Part shown: positions 23,209-31,809 of the stretch, in pieces
Layout of the letters: each line of letters opens with the position of its first letter
How positions within the stretch are numbered: the stretch's first letter is position 1
Source: Alphaproteobacteria bacterium
GTDB lineage: Bacteria; Pseudomonadota; Alphaproteobacteria; GCA-2731375
DNA: 64,000 nt
Reading direction: 5' to 3'
Assembly (NCBI GenBank): GCA_965225945.1
Contig: CBDDBZ010000039.1
Coordinates: 544,001-608,000 of the forward strand
Notes under the pieces: generated by a model
The model's input: only the letters and a program-made list of their open reading frames with translations
What the model was told of the DNA's origin: nothing
Database searches by the model: none
Program-made: the position numbers and the translations under genes

Positions 23209-25011
23209 TCAGACCAGCGCCAAGCCGTCGTCGGTGACCCCCGGTTGGCTTCCCGCGGGGTCGCTCGCCAGGATCATTTCGTTGTGCGGGGCGCCGGAGG
23301 GCACCATCGGCAGGCAGTTCTCCTCCTTCTCCACCAGGATGTCGGCGATCACCGGCTGATCGGATTCGATCATTTGCCGGATCACGTCGTCCAGTTCGTC
23401 CACCGCTGTCGCCCGCAGGCCGACGGCGCCGAAGCTCTCCGCCAGCTTGACGAAGTCGGGCAGCGCCGCGACGTAAGTCTCGGCGTAGCGGCCACCGTGC
23501 AGCATTTCTTGCCACTGGCGGACCATGCCCATCCACTGATTGTTCAGGATGAAGATCTTCACCGGAAGCGAATACTGCCGGGCGGTCGACATCTCCTGGA
23601 TGTTCATCAGGATCGAGGCCTCGCCCGCGATGTCGATCACCAGGGCGTCGGGATGCGCCGTCTGCACGCCGATCGCCGCCGGCAGGCCGTAACCCATGGT
23701 GCCGAGGCCGCCCGAGGTCATCCAGTGCCTGGGCTGGTCGAACTTCAGGTACTGCGCCGCCCACATCTGGTGCTGGCCGACCTCGGTGGTGAAGTAGGTC
23801 TCGCGCCCGGCGATCATCTCCTGCAGGCGCTCGATGGCGTATTGTGGCTTGATGGTCGGGCCGTCCTGCTGGTAGGCGAGGCAGTCGCGGGCCCGCCAGC
23901 CCTCGATCTGGCTCCACCAGGCGCCGAGCGCGTCCCAGTCGCTCGAAAGCCCCTCGCTCTCCCACACGCCCAGCATGGCTTCCAGCACCCGGCCGGCGTC
24001 GCCGACGATCGGCAGGTCGACGATGACGTTCTTGTTGATCGAGGAGCGATCGATATCGACGTGGATCTTGGTCGAATTCGGGCTGAAGGCGTCGAGCCGC
24101 CCGGTGATCCGGTCGTCGAAGCGGGCGCCGATGCAGATCATCAGATCGCAGCCATGCATCGCCAAGTTGGCCTCGTAGGTGCCGTGCATGCCGAGCATGC
24201 CCAGAAACTGCGAATCCGAGGCCGGAAAGGCGCCGAGTCCCATCAGCGTGTTGGTGATCGGGAAGCCGGTCCGCTTGACCAGCCGATGCAACAGTCCCGA
24301 GGCGCGATCGCCGGCGTTGATGACGCCGCCGCCGGTATAGAAGAGCGGCCGCTTGGCCTCCGCCATCAGATGAACGGCACGGCGAATTTGCGCCGGATCG
24401 CCCTCGACGCGGGGACTGTACGACTTGTGGCGAACCTCGGTGGGCGCGGAATAGGGGCCTTCGGCGATGCAGACGTCCTTCGGCAGGTCCACGACCACCG
24501 GGCCGGGACGGCCGTTTGTCGCCACGTAGAAGGCCTCATGGATGACGCGAGCCAAGTCCTCGACCCGTTTCACCAGATAATTGTGTTTGGTGCAGGGCCG
24601 GGTGATGCCGACCGTGTCGGCCTCCTGAAAGGCGTCGTTGCCGATCATGTGGGTCGCCACCTGGCCGGTGAGGCAAATCACCGGGATCGAGTCCATCAGC
24701 GCATCGGTGAGCCCGGTGACTGCGTTGGTGGCGCCGGGGCCCGAGGTCACCAGGACCACGCCGGGCTTGCCGGTCGAGCGGGCATAGCCCTCGGCCGCGT
24801 GGACGGCGCCACCTTCCTGGCGGACCAGGACGTGGCGGACCGCATTCTGCTTGAAGAGGGCATCATAGATCGGCAGCACGGCGCCGCCGGGATAGCCGAA
24901 GATGACCTCGACACCTTGGTCGGCCAGCGCCTTCATGACGATTTCGGCGCCGGACAGGCGCTGCTCGGTGCTCTCTTCGCCGCCGTCGGCGGCGCTCTCG
25001 GTCAGGGTCAT
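23209..25011 (-). CDS. ilvI: Acetolactate synthase large subunit
   Basis: FGYPGGAVLP, TSGPGATN, RFDDR and SGGLGTMG motifs. Confidence 0.96.
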   Translation of the reverse strand: MTLTESAADGGEESTEQRLSGAEIVMKALADQGVEVIFGYPGGAVLPIYDALFKQNAVRHVLVRQEGGAVHAAEGYARSTGKPGVVLVTSGPGATNAVTGLTDALMDSIPVICLTGQVATHMIGNDAFQEADTVGITRPCTKHNYLVKRVEDLARVIHEAFYVATNGRPGPVVVDLPKDVCIAEGPYSAPTEVRHKSYSPRVEGDPAQIRRAVHLMAEAKRPLFYTGGGVINAGDRASGLLHRLVKRTGFPITNTLMGLGAFPASDSQFLGMLGMHGTYEANLAMHGCDLMICIGARFDDRITGRLDAFSPNSTKIHVDIDRSSINKNVIVDLPIVGDAGRVLEAMLGVWESEGLSSDWDALGAWWSQIEGWRARDCLAYQQDGPTIKPQYAIERLQEMIAGRETYFTTEVGQHQMWAAQYLKFDQPRHWMTSGGLGTMGYGLPAAIGVQTAHPDALVIDIAGEASILMNIQEMSTARQYSLPVKIFILNNQWMGMVRQWQEMLHGGRYAETYVAALPDFVKLAESFGAVGLRATAVDELDDVIRQMIESDQPVIADILVEKEENCLPMVPSGAPHNEMILASDPAGSQPGVTDDGLALV

Positions 25012-25202
25012 CGCGCCCACTCCTCGCCCCCCGCGGCGCCGCCGTCTCCGCTCCTCGCGTCCGGCGCCTCGGGGATTGCGTCATGCCCAAATATTTTCGG
25101 GCCCACGAACCAAAGCGCCCGCGTCGCGGCCCTCTTGCCCCTCGACCCTAAGGCCTCGGCGACAGCGGCGCGCGCGCGGACGAACGGCGCGAACATAGCC
25201 AG

Positions 25203-26141
25203 TCACTCTGGAGGGGTCAACAAAAATCGACTCACAATCGGAAAGATTTTATCGAAAAAACATTCTGAATCTTGCGTCAATACATGATTCCACGAACGCA
25301 TCTTGTTTCTCTGCCAGGTGAGCTGACGCTTGGCGTAGCGCCGGCTGGCCTGCTCGGCGGCCCGGGTCGCCTCCTCGAGCGAGACCTCGCCGGCGACGTG
25401 GCGCATCAGCTCGCGCAGGCCCACCGCCTTCATCGCCGGCAGGTCCGGCGCCAAGGCCAGGTCGCGGATGGCCCCGACCTCCGCCATCGCGCCCGCCGCC
25501 AGCATGGCGTCGAGGCGCGCCTCGATCCGCGCGTAAAGCGACGCGCGCGGCAGCTCCAGCGCTAGCCCGAGCCAGGGGTGGGCGAGCCCGGGCGCGGTTT
25601 GGCGCCGCCAGTCGGATAGCGGCCGGCCCGTCGCCGCCAGCACCTCCAGCGCCCGGACCAGGCGTTGGGAATCGCTCGGCGGCACTCGCGCCGCCGTCTC
25701 GGGGTCGGCGCGGGCGAGCTCGGCGTGGAGCGCCGCCGCCCCCTCCGCCGCCAACCGCGCCCGCGTTGCCGCGCTAATCTCGCTCGCAACGTCGGGGATC
25801 TCCGCCAGCCCCTCGGTCAGGGCGTGGAAATAGAGTCCGCTGCCGCCGACCAGGATCGCCACCCGCCCGGCGGCCGACGCCGCCTCGATCGCCGTGACGG
25901 CGGCGCGGCACCAGCGCCCGGCCGAGCCCCCCTCCGCCGCCGGCCAGATGCCGTAGAGCCGATGTGGCGCCAGCGCCTCTTCGGCCGGGCTCGGCCGCGC
26001 GGTGACGATCCGCAGTTCGCGATAGACCTGCATGCTGTCGGCGTTGATGATCTCGCCGTCGAGCGCGCGGGCGAGGCGGAGCGCCAGCGCCGACTTGCCG
26101 CAAGCCGTCGGGCCGGCTATCAGGATCAGGCGTCGGTCCAT
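25203..26141 (-). CDS. miaA: tRNA dimethylallyltransferase
   Basis: GPTACGKS, NADSMQVY and YAKRQLTW motifs. Confidence 0.95.
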   Translation of the reverse strand: MDRRLILIAGPTACGKSALALRLARALDGEIINADSMQVYRELRIVTARPSPAEEALAPHRLYGIWPAAEGGSAGRWCRAAVTAIEAASAAGRVAILVGGSGLYFHALTEGLAEIPDVASEISAATRARLAAEGAAALHAELARADPETAARVPPSDSQRLVRALEVLAATGRPLSDWRRQTAPGLAHPWLGLALELPRASLYARIEARLDAMLAAGAMAEVGAIRDLALAPDLPAMKAVGLRELMRHVAGEVSLEEATRAAEQASRRYAKRQLTWQRNKMRSWNHVLTQDSECFFDKIFPIVSRFLLTPPE

Positions 26142-26219
26142 GGTCTCGGCCACCCTCGGCTCGCCCGGGCGGTCCGGCCTCGGCCGCGCGCCACCGTCGA
26201 GAGCCGCCGGGTGCCTGCG

Positions 26220-27095
26220 ATGAAACACGTCCTGACCCTGATCGGCAAGCCGCTCGACGCGGCCGTGGTCGCCCGCGCGGCGGCGCTCGCCGAAGCCCGC
26301 CGGGCGCCCGAGTGGCTGGCGCCCGGGCGGGCCTGCGACCTGGCGCTCGACGGGCCGCCGCCGGGCGAACTCGAGGCCCGCTTGCGGGCGAGCCTGGCCG
26401 GCGCGGCGATCGATATCGCCCTGCAGCCGGCGGCGGGCCGGCGGCGGGCGCTCCTGATCGCCGACATGGATTCCACCTTCATCACCGTCGAGTGCATCGA
26501 CGAGATGGCGGCGGCCTTCGGCCTCGGCGCGGAGATCGCCCGAATCACGCGCCGCGCGATGCGGGGCGAGTTGGACTTTCCCTCGGCCCTGCGCGAGCGG
26601 GTGGCGATGCTCCGGGGCTTCGCCGTCGCCGATCTGGAACGGGTCTGGCGGGAGCGGGTGAGTTTGACGGCGGGCGGGCGGGTGCTGGTCCGGACCATGC
26701 GCGCGCATGGTGCCTATACGGCGCTGGTCTCCGGCGGCTTCGACGTCTTCACCTCGCGGGTTCGCGCGGCGATCGGTTTCGACTTCGATCTCGCCAACCG
26801 TTTGGCGGTGGACGACGGTCGGCTGACGGGGGAGCTGGTGGAGCCGGTCCTGGACGCCGACGCCAAGCGGGCCACGCTGGCGCGACTGCTGAGCGAACGG
26901 GGGCTCGGGGCCGCCGACGCGCTGGCGGTGGGCGACGGCGCCAACGACAGGGCGATGATCCAGGCGGCGGGCCTCGGCGTCGCCTACCGCGCCAAGCCCG
27001 TGCTGGCCGAGGTGGCCGACGTTCGCGTCGAATTTGGCGATCTCTCGACGCTGCTCTTCATTCAAGGCTACCGCGAGACGGACTTCGTGGTTTGA
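26220..27095 (+). CDS. serB: Phosphoserine phosphatase
   Basis: DMDST, ECIDEMA, VSGGF and GDGAND motifs. Confidence 0.95.
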   Translation: MKHVLTLIGKPLDAAVVARAAALAEARRAPEWLAPGRACDLALDGPPPGELEARLRASLAGAAIDIALQPAAGRRRALLIADMDSTFITVECIDEMAAAFGLGAEIARITRRAMRGELDFPSALRERVAMLRGFAVADLERVWRERVSLTAGGRVLVRTMRAHGAYTALVSGGFDVFTSRVRAAIGFDFDLANRLAVDDGRLTGELVEPVLDADAKRATLARLLSERGLGAADALAVGDGANDRAMIQAAGLGVAYRAKPVLAEVADVRVEFGDLSTLLFIQGYRETDFVV

Positions 27096-27130
27096 AGTCC
27101 GCGCCCCGTTCGCGGCGAAGCTTCGCCCGC

Positions 27131-28612
27131 TCAGCCTTTGTCCAGGCGGACGGCGATGAAGCGCAAGTCGCCGCCACGCTCCAGCAGCAGCAGGACCGAC
27201 TTTCGCTTCGACTTCTTGACCTTGGTGACCTTGCGCAGCACCTCGCCGGGGGTGCCGACTTCCTCCTGCGCCACCTCGACGATCAGGTCGCCCTCGCGGA
27301 TGCCCTTCTCGGCCGCCGCGCCGTCGGGGTCGACCTCGGTGACGACGACGCCGCGAGCGTCGTCGCTAAGGCTGTATTTCTTGCGTCGCTCGTCGGTGAT
27401 GGTCGAGAGCGTCATGCCGATGGTTTCGACCGTTTCGGAAAATACCGGACCCTTTGGTTCGGACGAGGCGACGGTGGTTTTCTCCGCCGCTTCCAGCTCG
27501 CCGATCGCGACGCTTAGCTCGACCTCGGCGTTCTTCCGCCAGACCTCGACCTTGACCTTCTTGCCGATCCGGGTTTCGGCGACGATGCGCGGCAGCTCGC
27601 GCATCTCGGTGACCGCCTTGTCGTCGAAGGTCAGGATCACGTCGCCTTGTTGCATGCCGGCGGCCTCCGCCGGGCCGCCCTCGCTGACGCCGGCGACGAG
27701 CGCGCCCGTGGCCTCTTCCAGGCCCAGGCTTTCGGCGATCTCGTCGGTCACCGTCTGAATGCGGACGCCGAGCCAGCCGCGCCGGGTGCGGCCGAACTCC
27801 GAAAGCTGCTCGATGACGTTCTTGGCCAGCGCGGCGGGAATGGCGAAGCCGATGCCGACGCTGCCGCCCGAGGGCGAGAAAATCGCCGTGTTGATGCCGA
27901 TCACGCGGCCGTCCATGTTGAACAGCGGGCCGCCCGAATTGCCCCGGTTGATCGAGGCGTCGGTCTGGATGAAGTCGTCGTAGGGACCGGCGTTGATGTC
28001 GCGGCCCCGGGCCGAAATGATGCCGGCGGTGACGCTGCCGCCGAGGCCGAAGGGATTGCCGATGGCGACCACCCAGTCGCCGACCCGGGCCTCGTCGGAG
28101 CTGCCCCACTGGACCGCCGGCAGCGGCGCCTTCGCCTCCACCTTCAACAGCGCCAAGTCGGTCTTCGAATCCCTGCCGAGAATCTTGGCCGGCAGCCTCT
28201 CACCGTCGGAAAAGGTGACCGAGACCTCGTCCGCCTCGGCGATGACGTGATTGTTAGTGACGATCAAGCCATCCTTGTCGATGACGAAGCCGGAGCCGAG
28301 CGAGGTCACCCGGCGGGGCCTGTTCTGCTGGTTGCCGGGGGGACGGTTGCGCTCGAAGAATTCCTTGAAGAACTCCTCGAAGGGGGAGCCGGGGGGAAAC
28401 TGGAAGCCGGGCTGGCCCTGGTTGCCCTCGATCTTCTGGGTGGTCGAGATGTTGACGACGCTGGGCGACAGCTCGGCGGCGAGGTCGGCGAAACTTTCGG
28501 GCACCCCGCGCGCCCACGCCGGCGTCGCCAGCGCCACGGCCGTCGCCATGGCCACCACCGCCGCCGCCACGCGGGGCGCCGCAAAGGTCCTCGCCGGCGT
28601 CTCGGCCGGCAT
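27131..28612 (-). CDS. degP: DegP/HtrA periplasmic serine protease with two PDZ domains
   Basis: TNNHV, DLAL and INRGNSGG catalytic triad; the start codon is uncertain. Confidence 0.93.
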   Translation of the reverse strand: MPAETPARTFAAPRVAAAVVAMATAVALATPAWARGVPESFADLAAELSPSVVNISTTQKIEGNQGQPGFQFPPGSPFEEFFKEFFERNRPPGNQQNRPRRVTSLGSGFVIDKDGLIVTNNHVIAEADEVSVTFSDGERLPAKILGRDSKTDLALLKVEAKAPLPAVQWGSSDEARVGDWVVAIGNPFGLGGSVTAGIISARGRDINAGPYDDFIQTDASINRGNSGGPLFNMDGRVIGINTAIFSPSGGSVGIGFAIPAALAKNVIEQLSEFGRTRRGWLGVRIQTVTDEIAESLGLEEATGALVAGVSEGGPAEAAGMQQGDVILTFDDKAVTEMRELPRIVAETRIGKKVKVEVWRKNAEVELSVAIGELEAAEKTTVASSEPKGPVFSETVETIGMTLSTITDERRKKYSLSDDARGVVVTEVDPDGAAAEKGIREGDLIVEVAQEEVGTPGEVLRKVTKVKKSKRKSVLLLLERGGDLRFIAVRLDKG

Positions 28613-28976
28613 ATCCTGCAGAATCGCGTAAATCCCTGACACGCGCCTTCTCCTTGGCTGTAGGGCGGCATCCCCGGACGGAGACCGGCCTCGAATTGTC
28701 GGACAATTAAGCCCCACGACGCATCCTTGCAAGTTCCGTGGGCCCAGCCGCAACTGGGAAGCGATTGCGGCCATTCTATGGCCAAATCGGGGAAAAGTCC
28801 GGCCCCGCGGCCGCAGCGCTGGCGGGTCGCCCTATTCCCGACGCTCGCCGGCGGAAAATGGCCGGCGGAATAATGGCGGGGGGAATAAGGGAGGGCGGCC
28901 CTGGGGCCGCCCTCTGGTATCGCCTTCGGATGGCTCGCCCGGCCATGTGCTCGGGCGTGGAAATACGCCGAAGCGA

Positions 28977-30107
28977 CTACATCCGGTACTCGTCCGGGAT
29001 CAGCATCAGGCTGTCCTGATCCTCGGCCACGGCGGCGTGACAGTCGATGCAGAACTGCATCTTGGCGCTGTTCTCGCCTTTGGTGACGCCGAAAACGGCG
29101 CCGTCCGGCATCACCATGGTGTAGCGCCAGTTGCCGCTCGCCTTGTTGAAGCCGGCGGGCATCTTTTCCATCACAAACAGCGGGCCCGCCGCCATCTTGC
29201 CGTTGCCATGGACGGCGAAGCTGTCCTTGGCCAGGATCGAGCCGACGGGCATCTGCCCGACCTCCTCGAACTTGCCGTAAGCCTTGCCGGTCGCATTCGC
29301 GTAGTTGTTGACCAAGCGGCCACCATGGGTATCGGAGACGTAGGGCTGTTTGTTGTAGATGTCCCAGTTCTTGTAAAAGCTGGCGATCTTCAGCCCCGAC
29401 TTGGCGTAACCCGCCACCATCTCCTTCAACAGACACTCGTAGGCGCCCTTGGCCTCGGCCGTGGTCAGCTTCGGCGCGGCGCCGCCGCCGCAGGGGCCGC
29501 ACGGGCTGCAGGCGCCGCAAGCCTTCTTGGCGGCGCAGGGGTTGCACGCGCCGCAGGCCTTCTTGGCGGCGCACGGGTTGCAGGCACCGCAAGCCTTCTT
29601 GGCGGCGCAGGGGTTGCAGGCACCGCAGGCCTTCTTGGCGGCGCAGGGGTTGCACGCGCCGCAGGCTTTCTTGGCGGCGCAAGGGTTGCAGGCCGACGCC
29701 GTCACCAGGCGCGGGATCACGCACTTGCTGGAATAGCTGGCGGCACCACCGCCGCAGGGGTTGCACGGGTTGCACGCCCCACAGGCCTTTTTCGCCGCGC
29801 AAGGATTGCACGCACCGCAGGCCTTCTTGGCGGCGCAGGGGTTGCACGCGCCGCAGGCCTTTTTGGCCGCGCATGGATTGCAGGCGCCACAGGTCTTTTT
29901 CGCGGCGCAAGGGTTGCAGGCCTTGCAGGCCGCCACCCGGATCGCGCCGTCGGCGGGTTTCACGAGCGCCGCCGGATTGGCGAGACCGTCCGCGCCGCCC
30001 CGGGCGAACGTGGCATCGGCGAGCGCGATGGCGCTGGCGGCGACGCCGGCGCCGACGAACAGCTGGATCATCGTGCTCGAAAGCAGATTGGCTTTATGCG
30101 ATTTCAC
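28977..30107 (-). CDS. Secreted Cys-rich repeat protein fused to a cytochrome P460-like domain
   Basis: AGGAGG RBS before GTG; signal peptide; two blocks with 4 and 5 CNPCAAKK units; C-terminal domain with GSILAKDS, GNWRY and CIDCH (CXXCH). Confidence 0.85.
   Translation of the reverse strand: MKSHKANLLSSTMIQLFVGAGVAASAIALADATFARGGADGLANPAALVKPADGAIRVAACKACNPCAAKKTCGACNPCAAKKACGACNPCAAKKACGACNPCAAKKACGACNPCNPCGGGAASYSSKCVIPRLVTASACNPCAAKKACGACNPCAAKKACGACNPCAAKKACGACNPCAAKKACGACNPCAAKKACGACSPCGPCGGGAAPKLTTAEAKGAYECLLKEMVAGYAKSGLKIASFYKNWDIYNKQPYVSDTHGGRLVNNYANATGKAYGKFEEVGQMPVGSILAKDSFAVHGNGKMAAGPLFVMEKMPAGFNKASGNWRYTMVMPDGAVFGVTKGENSAKMQFCIDCHAAVAEDQDSLMLIPDEYRM
29490..29930 (-). repeat. 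Two blocks of coding 36-bp tandem repeats (ACGACNPCAAKK)
   Basis: 12-codon periodicity; variation between units is almost all at synonymous positions. Confidence 0.95.
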
Positions 30108-30197
30108 GACCCGGGCCTCCTGGATGTTACCTCAGCCTCCCTGGGCGGTGGTGCCGACGCTCCCGATCGGTCGCGCATCACCTCCCTTGAGGGGCGG

Positions 30198-30243
30198 ATA
30201 CTAGCGAGGCCGACTCGTCACGCCTCATAAACACTGTGTGATG
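30198..30243 (-). promoter_or_regulatory. Palindromic operator plus -10 box upstream of the P460 fusion gene
   Basis: Minus strand: CATCACA-N5-TTTA-N5-CGTGACG-N12-TAGTAT; same layout as 30786-30831. Confidence 0.65.
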
Positions 30244-30285
30244 CTGCGCCGCAGCAAAATGGCTTCGGCACAAGCGGGAATCGAA

Positions 30286-30316
30286 ACGCCGCCGTCGGCT
30301 AAGCCGGCGGCGGCGT
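30286..30316 (-). terminator. GC-rich stem-loop just after the small Cys-rich gene
   Basis: ACGCCGCCGTCGGC-TAA-GCCGGCGGCGGCGT, 14-bp stem with one mismatch; the U-tract is short. Confidence 0.5.
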
Positions 30317-30336
30317 CTTCGACGATCGCGCGCGCG

Positions 30337-30651
30337 CTATTTCTTCTTCTTGGCGGCGCAGGGATTGCACGCCCCGCAAGCCTTTTTGGCGGCGCAGGGA
30401 TTGCACGCGCCACAAGCCTTTTTCGCGGCGCAAGGGTTGCACGCGCCGCATTTCTTCTTGGCGGCGCAGGGGTTGCAGGCCTTGCAGGCCGCGACCTGGA
30501 TATAGCCGGTCGCCTTGCTCGCGGCCGCCGGATTGCTCAGCCCGTCGTTGCTCGCCGCGCCGGCATGGCCGATGGCGCCGAGCGCGAGCGTGGCGCCGAG
30601 CACGAGCGGCATGAAGGTGCTGGAAAGAAGTTTGGACTTGTGGGAACTCAT
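30337..30651 (-). CDS. Small secreted Cys/Lys-rich repeat peptide (104 aa, 12 Cys)
   Basis: AGGAGG RBS; leader homologous to the neighbour's (SHK..LLSST, DGL.NPAA, I.VAACKAC); four CxxCNPCAAKK units. Confidence 0.88.
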   Translation of the reverse strand: MSSHKSKLLSSTFMPLVLGATLALGAIGHAGAASNDGLSNPAAASKATGYIQVAACKACNPCAAKKKCGACNPCAAKKACGACNPCAAKKACGACNPCAAKKKK

Positions 30652-30785
30652 GGATCGACCTCCTGTTAGTGGCAACGGCACCTCCGGTCGCCTCGGCCGC
30701 GCCCTCGCGCCACCGCCTTCCTCGAGCCGTTGCCTTTTCCCGCCGCGCCGACGACCATCGCCAGCGCGCGCCGGTTAGATGAGGC

Positions 30786-30831
30786 ATTCTATGCGGCGAT
30801 CCACGTCACGAATTGTAAAGAATCTGTGATG
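30786..30831 (-). promoter_or_regulatory. Palindromic operator plus -10 box in the divergent region upstream of the small Cys-rich gene
   Basis: Minus strand: CATCACA-N5-TTTA-N5-CGTGACG-N12-TAGAAT. Confidence 0.65.
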
Positions 30832-30887
30832 ACGCGACGCGCCTCGACGGTGGCGTTCCTATAACTAGGGCGCGAGGGAGGCGAGAG

Positions 30888-31730
30888 ATGACGATCGGCC
30901 GCATGAGCTTGGCGATCCTGCTGCTGCTGGCGGCGAATTTGGCGCGGGCCGGTATCGTGGCGCCGGAGAGCGTGGGGGTGCCCGCCGGCGCATTCGTCCA
31001 AGGCTCCGACCGGGCCGAGCGGGAGGCCGCCTACCGATTGGACGAGCGCGCCTACGGTCACGACCTCACCCGGCGCGACAAATGGTACGAGGACGAGCCC
31101 CGCCGACGCCTGGAGCTGCCGGCCTTCCGGATCACCAAGACGGCGATCACCAACTGTCAATACGGCCAATTCCTGGCCGCGAACGACCGTGCCGCCCCCG
31201 ACGTCAGGCGCGACGTCTGGAAGAGTTACGGGCTGATCCATCCCTATTCCCGGACCCGCCGCCATGCCTGGCGCGACGGCGCGCCGCCGCCGGGACGCGA
31301 GGACCACCCCGTGGTCCTGGTGAACCACGCCGACGTCCGGGCCTACGCGGCCTGGCTGTCGGAGACGACGGGCGTCACCTGGCGGTTGCCGAGCGAGGCG
31401 GAGTGGGAAAAGGCGGCCCGCGGCAGCGCCGGGCGCCGCTATCCGTGGGGCGACGCGTTCGAGGCGGGGCGCCTGAACAGCCACGACGCGGGGCCGTTCG
31501 ATACCATGGCCGTCGGCCGCTTTCCCGACGGCGCCAGCCCCTTTGGCCTGCTGGACGCCGCCGGACAGGTCTTCGAATGGACGGCGACGACGGCCGGCGC
31601 CGGGCGCCATATCGTCAAGGGCGGCTCGTGGGACGACAAGGGCTGCGGGGTCTGCCGTCCGGCGGCGCGCCATTCCAGACCCGATTTTCTCAAGCACATC
31701 CTGGTCGGCTTCCGGCTGGTGCGGCAATGA
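30888..31730 (+). CDS. Secreted FGE-sulfatase (SUMF1/EgtB/PvdO family) domain protein
   Basis: Signal peptide; HPVVLVN, RLPSEAEWEKAARG, YPWG, GQVFEW, KGGSWDDKGCGVCR and GFRLV motifs. Confidence 0.9.
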   Translation: MTIGRMSLAILLLLAANLARAGIVAPESVGVPAGAFVQGSDRAEREAAYRLDERAYGHDLTRRDKWYEDEPRRRLELPAFRITKTAITNCQYGQFLAANDRAAPDVRRDVWKSYGLIHPYSRTRRHAWRDGAPPPGREDHPVVLVNHADVRAYAAWLSETTGVTWRLPSEAEWEKAARGSAGRRYPWGDAFEAGRLNSHDAGPFDTMAVGRFPDGASPFGLLDAAGQVFEWTATTAGAGRHIVKGGSWDDKGCGVCRPAARHSRPDFLKHILVGFRLVRQ

Positions 31731-31809
31731 TGCTAGAGAGGGCGAGGCGCGGACGTCTCGGGGGGTCTTTCAATCTCCTCGAAACGGCGAATGATCGGGA
31801 GCCATCGCG

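Noticed and set aside
25008-25196. Leader-peptide attenuator upstream of ilvI
   Set aside because: The ORF has no run of Ile/Leu/Val codons and no terminator with a U-tract follows.
29490-30490. 36-bp repeats as a CRISPR array
   Set aside because: Units are head-to-tail with no spacers, lie in frame in ORFs with RBS and signal peptides, vary at synonymous positions, and no cas genes are present.
29490-30490. Cys repeats as a multiheme cytochrome, ferredoxin or radical SAM motif
   Set aside because: The repeats have no CXXCH, no CxxCxxCxxxC and no CxxxCxxC; the only heme motif is the C-terminal CIDCH.
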